From contig NC_043025.1 of assembly GCF_006345805.1 (NCBI RefSeq), positions 10,168,001-10,232,000 on the forward strand: a stretch of DNA of 64,000 bases, in the 5' to 3' direction. This DNA is from Octopus sinensis (taxonomy: Eukaryota). Within the stretch, counting starts at the first letter, position 1. The number at the start of each line of letters is the position of its first letter. This document shows positions 11,638 through 22,035 of the stretch, piece by piece. Below the pieces are notes generated by a model. The model saw only the letters and a program-made list of their open reading frames with translations, was not told the origin of the DNA and searched no databases. The position numbers and the translations under genes are program-made.

Positions 11638-11808
11638 CATATATACGACAGGCTTCTTTCAGTTTCCGTCTACCAAATCCACTCACAAGGCATTGGTCAG
11701 CCCAAGGCTATAGCAGAAGACACTTGCCCAAGATGCCACGCAGTGGGACTGAACCCGGAACCATGTGGTTCGTAAGCAAGCTACTTATCACACAGCCACT
11801 CCTGCGCC
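11430..11808 (-). mobile_element. SINE family A
   Basis: Reverse-complement copy with a small deletion in the 3' tail region. Confidence 0.9.
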
Positions 11809-11866
11809 TATATAGAAGTCTTCCTCATTGTTTCATAGATATATGCACACATTAGACAATAGCATT

Positions 11867-12202
11867 GTGAAGGTGCATGGCTCAGTGGTTAGAGCGTCGA
11901 GCTTACGATCGTGAGGTTGTGAGTTTGAATCCCGGACCGGGCTGCGTGTTTTGTTCTTGAGCAAGACACTTTATTTCACGTTGCTCCAGTTCACTCAGCT
12001 GCAGAAATGAGTTGCAACGTCACAGGTGCCAAGCTGTATCGATCTTTGTCTTTCCCTTGGATAACACTGGTGGCGTGGAGAGGGGAGGCTGGTATGCATG
12101 GGCGACTGCTGGTCTTCCATAAACAACCTTGCCCGGACTTGTGCCTGACAGGGTAACTTTCTAGATGCAATCCCACGGTCAGTCATGACCGAAGGGTGTC
12201 TC
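11867..12202 (+). mobile_element. SINE family D (tRNA-like head, ttgagcaagacact...ttgctccag central domain)
   Basis: A box tggctcagtggtt, B-box-like gtttgaatccc. Central domain shared with 42052-42340. Confidence 0.82.
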
Positions 12203-12248
12203 AAAGACAATAGCATATGATGTGAAGGGTATTTAGCTTTAGATGTAT

Positions 12249-12661
12249 TACTCTTTACTCTTTACTCTTTTACTTGTTTCAGTCATTTGACTGCGGCCAT
12301 GCTGGAGCACCGCCTTTAGTCGAGCAAATCGACCCCGGGATTTATTCTTTGTAAGCCCAGTACTTATTCTATCGGTCTCTTTTGCCGAACCGCTAAGTGA
12401 CGGGGACGTAAACACACCAGCATCGGTTGTCAAGCAATACTAGGGGGACAAACACAGACACACAAACATACACACACACACACACACATATATATATACG
12501 ACAGGCTTCTTTCAGTTTCCGTCTACCAAATCCACTCACAAGGCATTGGTCAGCCCGGGGCTATAGCAGAAGACACTTGCCCTAAATGCCACACAGTGGG
12601 ACTGAACCCTGAACCATGTGGTTGGTAAGCAAGCTACTTACTACACAGCCACTCCCGCGCC
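12249..12661 (-). mobile_element. SINE family A, full length
   Basis: Complete reverse-complement copy; diverged fragments follow at about 12700-13378. Confidence 0.92.
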
Positions 12662-13380
12662 TATGTTTGCTTTAGATGTATGTTTTAGTATGTATTGCAA
12701 GAAGACACTTGCCCAAGGTGCCATGCAGTGGGAATGAACCTAGAACCATGTGGTTGGTAAGCAAGCTACTTACCACACAGCCACAGAAGTATAACCAGTT
12801 TATTGAATATAAATTTCAACAATAAAATTTTATGCGGACCCCTGTTGAAAACCACTGGGATGGCAAAAAAATAAGTGTCTTCTACCCTAGCCTCAAGCCG
12901 ACCAAAGGCTTCTGGGTGGATTTGGCAGACTGAAACTGAAAGAAGCTCATCGTGTATATGATTGTGTTTGTGGGTAGGCGGACAATCCATCGACAAACAG
13001 TTGGCTAACAGACAACTTAAAGACAGGACAATTGACCAATTCTATCAATAATATAAGCGTACCCTTTGTATAGAAGCTTTCTGCCTCCTCGTTCGGTTTT
13101 GATGAATTCCATGATCAATACTTCCGCATGTTGGCATATTGTCCAATCGGTGAATTGTCTGTCAATGAATTGTCTACACATGATGTTTGTGTATCTGTGT
13201 TTGTCTCCCCCATTGTTTGACGACCGATGCTGGTGTGTTTATGTCCCCGTAACTCAGCCGTTCAACAATAAAATAAGCACTAGGCTTACAAAGAATAAGT
13301 ACTGGGGTTGATTTGTTTGACTAAAGGCAGTGCTCCAGCATGGTGGCAGTCAAATGACTGAAGCAAATAAATGAGTAAAA

Positions 13381-13418
<38 letters not shown>

Positions 13419-13424
13419 TCCATT

Positions 13425-13622
13425 CAAAATGTGATCGTGTGTGTACCGTTGGCGATTTTTTTCCCTCCGTCTTCCCTTCTCTGGATCTTTCCTTTTCCTA
13501 TGTTTCCGACGAAGACCTCCGCTCGAAACGTTAAACACCCCTTCTTCCCTTCCTTCCTGAGCATCCAATAATACTATATTTGTTCCACGTCCTCACATTG
13601 TTGTGTTTTCATGTTTGGATTA

Positions 13623-13628
<6 letters not shown>
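13425..13628 (+). mobile_element. Penelope-like terminal-repeat fragment, family 2
   Basis: Homologous to 60172-60350, embedded in (TA)n and contains a hammerhead-like motif. The Penelope assignment is inferred from the ribozyme context. Confidence 0.6.
13501..13537 (+). ncRNA. Minimal type I hammerhead fold (U4C), stem II damaged
   Basis: UGUUU|CCGACGA|A GACC-UCC-GCUC|GAA|ACGU|U^|AAACA: 5-bp stem I, palindromic ACGU stem III, one stem II mismatch. Confidence 0.5.
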
Positions 13629-13662
<34 letters not shown>

Positions 13663-13679
13663 GTATATATAAATATTGA

Positions 13680-14054
13680 CTGTGTGGTAAGTAGCTTGCT
13701 TACCAACCACATGGTTCCGGGTTCAGTCCCACTGCGTGGCACCTTGGGCAAGTGTCTTCTACTAAAGCCTTGGGCCGACCAAAGCCTTGTGAGTGGATTT
13801 GGTAGACGGAAACTGAAAGAAGCCCATCGTATATATGTATATATATGTTTGTGTATCTGTGTTTGTCTCCCCAGCATCGCTTGACAACCGATGCTGGTGT
13901 GTTTACGTCCTCGTAACTTAGCAGTTCGACAAAAGAGACTGATAGAATAAGTACTAGGCTTACAAATAATAAGTCCTGAGGGTCGATTTCCTCAACTAAA
14001 GGCAGTGCTCCAGCATGGCCGCAGTCAAATGACTGAAACAAGTAAAAGAGTAAG
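13680..14054 (+). mobile_element. SINE family A
   Basis: Slightly 5'-truncated copy. Confidence 0.9.
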
Positions 14055-14069
14055 TATATATAGGTATAC

Positions 14070-14136
<67 letters not shown>

Positions 14137-14825
14137 TAAATGAACAGGTGCATGTATAATGGAATGGCTATATATTTGAATACATAGGTAAATTAACAAG
14201 TAATTATAATGAGATGACTGGAAAGGTGTGTATATAAGCAGTTTAACAGGTGTGCATGTATGTGTTGGTGTGTATAATGGGATGGCTAGACAAATGGGTC
14301 AATAGGCAAATGAACAGGTGTATGTGTGTATATATAATGGTATGGCTATATAGGCAAATTGACACTTGTGTATAATGGGATAGCCAAATAGATGGCTATC
14401 TCCCCAGCTGACCAGTTTTCAGTCAAACCGTCCAACCCATGTCAGCATGGAAAAGAGACGTTAAATGACGATGATGATGACACATATATACATATATATA
14501 TATGTATGTGTATATATATATAACGGGAAGCTTTATGAAAATAAACAAAAGACGAAGGCAGGTTTACGGAAATAAACAAAAGACGAAGGCAGGTGGAATA
14601 CAAACAAACAATTGTATTAGTATGGCGCTCAGGAAATATTATATACACATACACATACATGTGTAGGTAAATTAATGGGTGTATATATGTTTGTGTGTAT
14701 GTATATAACGCGATGGCTAGGTTAACAAGTGCCTGTATAATGGGTTCACCTGTTCACCTGCTAAACGAGTATATATATATATATATATATATAAACAGGT
14801 TTATATATATATATATATATATTAC

Positions 14826-15144
14826 ATACATCAAAATACAGATCCAGATACTGCAACAGCTTGGGTTTCAGAGGACCACAGCTCTTTAACATCCTCCCTA
14901 AATGCCTGAGAGACTTACATGGTGTGGATGTGGGTTTCTTTAGAACTAAACTGGATCTCTTCCTGTCGGGAGTCCCAGATGAACCTACCTCTCGACAGGA
15001 GACTCAGATGCGGGCAGCAGCATCGAACTCCCTTGTTGATCAAGTGCCACGTATCAGAGGTGGATTCACATATTAGTGTAGCTCATTCAGCGGTGGTGCC
15101 CCAGCATGGCCGCGGCCCTCGGGCTAAAACATTTTTAAGGATTT
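14826..15144 (+). mobile_element. 5'-truncated CR1-type LINE 3' end (ORF2 C-terminus plus 3' UTR)
   Basis: Translates GFRGPQLFNILPKCLRDL...KLDLFLSGVPDEP...RAAASNSLVDQV, resembling a CR1 ORF2 C-terminus. 3' UTR ggtgccccagcatggccgc. Second tail copy at 21092-21148 (-). Confidence 0.82.
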
Positions 15145-15225
15145 TATATTACATATATATATATACATTTATATATATTACATATATGTATGTATATATA
15201 TTACATATATATATATATATATATA

Positions 15226-15520
15226 TATTCATATAAATACAGTGTACATTTAAACACATAAGAGGTATCCGTCATAGGATTCCTTTCATGCTAGAAGGAA
15301 CAGCTAAAGTCCTAACCACTATTAGGGATAAAAACTCAAAGGGAATGAAAAATAAAATAAAATAGTCCAGGAGATAGATGGTAAATGTTTTTATTTTTCA
15401 TTCCCATTGAGTTTTTATCCCTAATAGTGGTTTGGACTTTAGCTGTTCTTTCTAGCGTGAAAGGAATCCTATGACGGGGACCTCTTATGTGTTTAAATGT
15501 ACACTGTATTTATATGAATA
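15226..15520. repeat. 295-bp foldback (132-bp arms, 31-bp spacer), MITE-like
   Basis: 15226-15357 is the reverse complement of 15389-15520 with few mismatches. Confidence 0.9.
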
Positions 15521-15617
15521 ATAGTCTATTGACTAATTTTCCTACATACTAGGTCACAGGTAGTAAAAATTTCTAAAATATTTATTGCCCTGATATTAAT
15601 TATATATATGTGTGTGT

Positions 15618-15653
<36 letters not shown>

Positions 15654-15979
15654 TGTATCGTCTTCTATGAGTTATACGTTCTTGTCCATGTTGTATTTTT
15701 CTACATACCTTAATATATATATATATATATATATATATGGCGACTGAAGAAGGGGAATTTTCCTTGTGTTATTTGTCCTGTACTCTATTTTTTTGTTGTT
15801 TAAGAAAAATGTCCAGTTCCTTGGTTTTGTGTTTATGTTTTTGTTTCTCATTGTGTTTGACGTTTTTTTTGTGTCCTGTACCCATATATGCATGTATATA
15901 TACATGTAGAGGTAGGTACGTACATATATGTATGTATATATGCATATGTTATATTTATTAATTTATATATATATATATA

Positions 15980-17268
15980 TCAGGTCATCCCATAAGTTCT
16001 ATCCGAATTTTGAATAAAGAAAACAAGTGATCAAATGTTATATTTAATTGAAATTTAATCATCAATGTACTTTGCCTGATTATCTATGACTTCCTTCCAT
16101 CTATTTACAAGCTTTTTAATCCTAGCAATGTAAAACTCTTTTGGTTTCAAAGCAAAAAACTCTGAAATGTCAGTTTCGTCCTCTTCTTGGTTTGCAAAAG
16201 TTATGTCCCCCAAATGATTCTTTAAACTATGAAACAAATGGTAGTCTGAAGGAGCATGGTCAGGAGAATAAGGTGGATGAGGAATTTTTTCCCAACCCAG
16301 CTCTTCAATCTTCTGTGAAGTGGTCTCTGCAGTGTGGGGTCGCGCATTGTCCTGATGAAACATCACTCCTTTTCGATTCACTAAAGCGGGTCTTTTTTTT
16401 CTTTAAAGCTTGGTTCAAATGCTCTAATTGCTGACAGTAGACTTGAGCATTGATTGTTGCATTAGGTGGTAACAATTCAAAGTGAATTACTCTTTTGCAA
16501 CCCCACCAGATAGAGAGAAGAACCTTTTTCCATGAAGTTCCCTTCTTGATTGTGGTTGAGCTTTTTCCCTTTTAACAAGCCACTGTTTACGACATTTAAC
16601 ATTTCGAGAGAAAATCCATTTTTCATCACCAGTCACAAGTCTATCCAAAATGGGTAAAACGAGTTTGCGAGAATGAAGAGAAGAGCAGGTGTCAACTTGG
16701 GATTTGCGGTTGCTTTCGGATAATTCATGAGGCCCCCATTTTCCAAGTTTAAGAACCTTTCCAAGTTGTTGAAGATGATAATGAACAGTTGTATGGTTTG
16801 ATCTAAGCTTTATTGCCAATTCTTCAACTGATAATGCAGGATTTTCTTCAAGTAATGCTTCAAGGATCTTATCATCAAACTCAGCTGGACATCCTGTTCG
16901 ATCTTCGTCTTCAAGGCTGAAATCTCCACTTCTGGATTTTGCAAACCATCTTCTGCAAGTTCTTTCATTCAAGTATTCTTTCCCATAAACTGAGTGGTTG
17001 TTTCAAGTCACTTCGGCTGCAGAGTTTCCTTTTTTGTACTCATAAAGCATTGTGTGCCTTAAATGCTCTTTGGATACTTCCATGTTAGAAAGGGTTTTAA
17101 TCAAAGAAGTTTTAATTCTATTATTCTGTAAAATAATATTTAATTAGTTTAAATATACTCAAATGCATAAAAATAATTTTTAATTTCATTAGACATTCTA
17201 AAATACTATTAAATTTCATTCAATTTTTAAAAATGGTAAAATCTGACAGAACTTATGTGACGACCTGA
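15980..17268 (-). mobile_element. Mariner DNA transposon, full length (1289 bp)
   Basis: TIRs TCAGGTCATCCCATAAGTTCT / AGAACTTATGTGACGACCTGA, flanked by TA within (TA)n. Confidence 0.96.
16055..17083 (-). pseudogene. Mariner DD34D transposase pseudogene
   Basis: ATG at 17083. Motifs WGPHEL, VTGDEKW, HQDNARPH and YSPDHAPSDYHLF, with 34 residues between D2 and D3. Premature TGA at 17003-17005 and a 1-nt frameshift near 16525. Confidence 0.95.
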
Positions 17269-17329
17269 TATATATATATCAAATAAATTGGGTGTCTTTT
17301 CTAGCCCATAGTTTGTTATCAAACTCTTA

Positions 17330-17366
<37 letters not shown>

Positions 17367-17446
17367 TAAGGGTAGAAATTGGTTGATATTAGTCAATTAA
17401 AACCAGTGGTCTAGCACATTAAAAAGAATCCGAAGATTAAAATATT

Positions 17447-17612
17447 TATATATACCAATTAAGGACTGAACACGAAAAGGTGGACAGTCAACATGCTAGA
17501 TATAGACGTCAAATCGCCATTCTCCACAAAGATTTTGTTCTCAAATAAAAATAAAATTCAGCACGACCTGACTGTCCACCTTTTCGTGTTCAGTCCTTAA
17601 TTGGTATATATA
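17447..17612. repeat. Inverted repeat, about 44-bp perfect arms, 78-bp spacer
   Basis: tatataccaattaaggactgaacacgaaaaggtggacagtca (17447-17490) and its reverse complement (17569-17612). Confidence 0.88.
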
Positions 17613-17635
17613 TATATATATATATATCATCATCT

Positions 17636-17675
<40 letters not shown>

Positions 17676-17694
17676 TATATATATACATATACAT

Positions 17695-17727
<33 letters not shown>

Positions 17728-17795
17728 GGAAAATGTGTTGCTATATATATATATGGCTGGCTAAGCAAATAGATAGATAGAAAGAAAACAGACGA

Positions 17796-17830
<35 letters not shown>

Positions 17831-18280
17831 GAGAGAGAAGGGGACCAAGGAGTTACCGACATAAATAGATGCAGCCATAGTTACAGTGACGTTGCTTCTT
17901 AAAGTACATTTGACCTAATGACATGGATGTTCTTAAAACCAGCTTCACCTTTCGTCCTTTCACTCATCCCCTCTCTTCCCCCTCTCACCTTCTCCCTCGT
18001 TTTCTCTCTCTCTCTTTTTTTTCTTGTCCTCTTCTTCATCTTCTCTATCTTGTGAATGCTGCTGCTGATGATGATGATGATGATGATCTTCTTTACCCCA
18101 ACCACCACCACCACACACACTTTCGCTCTCTTCAAATTATGTCAGTCCTGTAATCGATATTGTGATGAAGATTATGATCGTAGCAGTGACGTTGCTGTGT
18201 TGTAGCCCTAGGCCAGTCCTCCACCACTAGACCTATGACCAAAGATGTTCCAGACGTAACCGTTCTGTCTGTTTTTGATT

Positions 18281-18970
18281 CAGACATAGTGTATCTAGGA
18301 CTACATTATCCAATGTGTCCTTCCTTGTTGGCCCATTTAACCCTGGGCCATTCCTGATCCAGCAGACCTATGATCAAAGATGTTCCAGATGTGACCATCC
18401 TGTCTTATATTCAGACATTGTGTATCTAGGACTACATTATCCAATGTGTCCTTCCTTGTTGGTCCATTTAACCCTGGGCCATTCCTGATCCAGCAGACCT
18501 ATGATCAAAGATGTTCCAGATGTGACCATCCTGTCTTATATTCAGACATTGTGTATCTAGGACTACATTATCCAATGTGTCCTTCCTTGTTGGTGTCATT
18601 TAACCCTGGGCCATTCCTGATCCAGTAGACCTATGATCAAAGATGTTCCAGATGTGACCATCCTGTCTTATATTCAGACATAGTGTATCTAGGACTACAT
18701 TATCCAGTGTGTCCTTCCTTGTTGGTGTCATTTAACCCTGGGCCATTCCTGATCCAGCAGACCTATGATCAAAGATGTTCCAGATGTAACATATCTGTCT
18801 ATTTTTCAGACATAGTGTATCTAGGACTACATTATCCAATGTGTCCTTCCTTGTTGGTGTCATTTAACCCTGGGCCATTCCTGATCCAGCAGACCTATGA
18901 TCAAAGATGTTCCAGATGTGACCATTCTGTCTTATATTCAGACATAGTGTATCTAGGACTACATTATCTA
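18281..18970. repeat. 131/132-bp minisatellite, 5 full units plus diverged flanking copies
   Basis: cagacat anchors at 18281, 18412, 18543, 18675, 18807 and 18939. Degenerate copies continue to about 19290. Confidence 0.95.
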
Positions 18971-19401
18971 ATGTGTTCCGCCTTCCCCATTTTTCTTTAA
19001 TCCCAGACCAGCCTTAATCCAACAGATTTAAGATACAGGTGTTCCAGCTGTGATCCATCTTGGCTTGTGTCCAGACTACATTATGTAACGTCTCCTTCCT
19101 CCCTTCCTTGTTTAGCCCTAGGTCAGTCATAAACCAGCTGCCCTATGATGAAGAATGTTCCTACAGTGACCTTCCTATTTTGTATCTAGAACTACATTAT
19201 CTAATGTATCCTTCCTTGTTCTTTAATCCCAAGTTGGCCCTAATCCAACAGATTTATAATCATAGATGTTCCTTCTGTAACTATACAGTCTTGTATTTAA
19301 ATACTGGAGTCAGCGTAATCAACTTATCCTCTCCCCAAAAGTTTCGGGCCTTGTGCCTATAGTAGAAAGGATTATTATTATTATTATTTTTATTATTATT
19401 A

Positions 19402-19792
19402 CTAGCAGTATTGCCCGGTGTTGCTCGGGTTTGTTTCAACCCTTTAGAATTGGAATTTTTGAAAAGAAAAAATTTTGCATTATGTAGCTTGTTATTCTCT
19501 TCAAGTGAACATTTTTCTGGTTGAAATACACCGGAAAGTGGCGACACAGCAGTGAAAAAATCGTAAAAAATAGGGATTTTCATAGAAAAAAGCACCTTTT
19601 TGATGTAAATAATTTTTGTTGTTAACATGGTCCGATTTGAATTTTATGTTCTACGGAAGGAAGAGTAACCCTTCTTCTATCATACTCTCAATTTTGGTCA
19701 ACTTGCGCCGCAGGGTCTCGGAGGAGATACTGTTAGTTGAAGGGTACCAAACCTGCCGCACACAGACAACTTCAGCTTTATATAGAGAGAGA
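19402..19792 (-). mobile_element. Non-autonomous Helitron
   Basis: Minus strand 5'-TC...hairpin-CTAG-3', inserted between A and T. Confidence 0.85.
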
Positions 19793-20049
19793 TAACACAC
19801 ACACATTAATACACATACATACACACACACACACACACACATGTATGTATGGATGTATGTATGTATATATGTACATCTGTCCACTTCTTGCCATATTTTT
19901 ATCCTTCACTTCCTACACACACACACACACACACACACACGCATGCACACATACACACACACACCTTCTTAGCTTACAATTTCTTCCTTTCGGATGCCTT
20001 TTATCATAAGAGATTATAATTTCAGCCCTCATGCCTTTAGTTGAAAGGA

Positions 20050-20095
20050 TCAATATTATTATTATTATCATTATTATTATTATTATTATTACTAC

Positions 20096-20131
<36 letters not shown>

Positions 20132-20245
20132 CATCATTATTATTATTATTATTAATTATTATTATTAATTATTATTACTACTATTATTATTATTATTACT
20201 ACTACTACTATTACTATTATTATTATTATTATTATTATTATTATC
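20050..20245. repeat. (ATT)n/(ACT)n microsatellite
   Basis: Direct reading of the sequence. Confidence 0.95.
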
Positions 20246-20282
20246 CAATTTCATTCTTTTTTTTCTCTCTCTCTCTTTTCAG

Positions 20283-20474
20283 GTGTTATCCCACCCCTAT
20301 TTTCCACCTCTCCAGTATTCACACACCCCTTCTGCACACATACACACGCAGCTGGCCGCCAATTCAATTCAAACCCCACTGAAACAGGGCAAAAAAAAAA
20401 GAAAGAAAGAAAGAAAGAAAAGGAATGTCTCCAAACCCAACGATGAAAGGGGCTACTACAATGACAACAACTAA
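20283..20474 (+). other. Candidate exon after a strong 3' splice site
   Basis: Long polypyrimidine tract ending ttttcag at 20282, followed by 63 open codons (VLSHPYFPPLQY...GKKKRKKERKKR...). No homology or donor site established. Confidence 0.2.
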
Positions 20475-20730
20475 GAAGACTAACACGATGACACTAACAA
20501 CAACAACAACAACAATTCCAAGGACATCTTGTTCCACCGCCGTCTTTTACGCTAGCACCGTTGCCAATGATGTTGACCGCAGAAGAATCCATCTTCACTT
20601 CCACCAACTCAAGGACAAGATCCGTTTAGCAACGCTCGTCCAACCAACGACCACTGTGCCTCTGTTGCTGGTCTAAGAACTCATTGATTCCGCTTCACAA
20701 TAACTAAATATTATTATCATATTATTATCA

Positions 20731-20763
<33 letters not shown>

Positions 20764-20902
20764 CCGTTCATATATACGGCCACACGGACTGAGCTGAATC
20801 TTCATTCCTCACCCTCAAATTTTTTTTTTCAAAACATTGGGTCACACACTTTAACATCACATTCTTACACACACACATACACACACACATAAATACATAT
20901 AA

Positions 20903-20938
<36 letters not shown>

Positions 20939-21029
20939 TCTACATACTGTATATTTATATTATACACAGAGAAAACAAAAATATAAAACAATAAAAGACT
21001 GTATATGCTTGTGTTTATATTGAAACATA

Positions 21030-21062
<33 letters not shown>

Positions 21063-21211
21063 CTATATAACAACGCACACATACAATATATAAATCCTTA
21101 AAAATGTTTTAGCCCGCAGGCTGCGGCCATGCTGGGGCACCACCGCTGTGTACTAAACTGACAACTAAATTTTCTCTTGCTACCTCTTACGAAAGTACAT
21201 GCTTATATAAA

Positions 21212-21258
<47 letters not shown>

Positions 21259-21590
21259 CATACATATATATATTTATATTTTTTTTTTTTTTTCCTTTCT
21301 GGGCTGAAAAATCTTTCAACATACATTCATCTATATATATATATACATATATATACATATACACACCTATTACCTTAACCCTTTGAGCCCTGGCCTCCTG
21401 AACCTTATTTGACCTTATACCTGACTTCCAGATGCACTCCACCGGTAGAGCGGTGGTGCTGTATAGAGCAAAGTAAGCCATCCACCGGTAAACCAGTGTT
21501 TCAGGGTCAAAGGGTTAACTCTTTCTGCAATTGCTTTTCAAACTTTATTGGCTTCCACTTCATAAATTTGGTCAGATTACATAAACAGAA

Positions 21591-21637
<47 letters not shown>

Positions 21638-22035
21638 CGCACATATATTTTTATAGACTATGTAAACTATAACTCTGACTGCCACCCATTCTCCTTTGAC
21701 AAAAGTAGAGGAGTGGGAGTTTAGGGTCACTGAGGTGGGTTTTGAATTGCACTAACATGATACCCCCTTTTCTTCCCTCTGATCTTGATACCCTATTTTG
21801 TTTTGTCTGGCCCTTTTAAACAGTTTGCCTCCAAATAACCCCTGAGAGCAATCAGGGTGCTGTCTGTATCTGATAACAGGCTAAGGGTACATTTGGATAC
21901 AATCTCATAAAGAACATTCCTGTAAGCAGTAATCTGCCTAAACTAAACACACACACACACACACATTTGTGGCTATATAAATATATATATATATATATAT
22001 ATTCGTTCTTCACTGCTGGGTCTTGGAGTAAAAAG

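Noticed and set aside
15740-15790. CTGAAGA-AGG...CCTT hammerhead-like start
   Set aside because: No GAAA or cleavage-site half follows the hairpin.
21967-22035. N-terminal extension MWLYKYIYIY of the 1415-aa ORF
   Set aside because: Starts at TTG within a (CA)/(TA) microsatellite. ATG 22036 has a good Kozak context.
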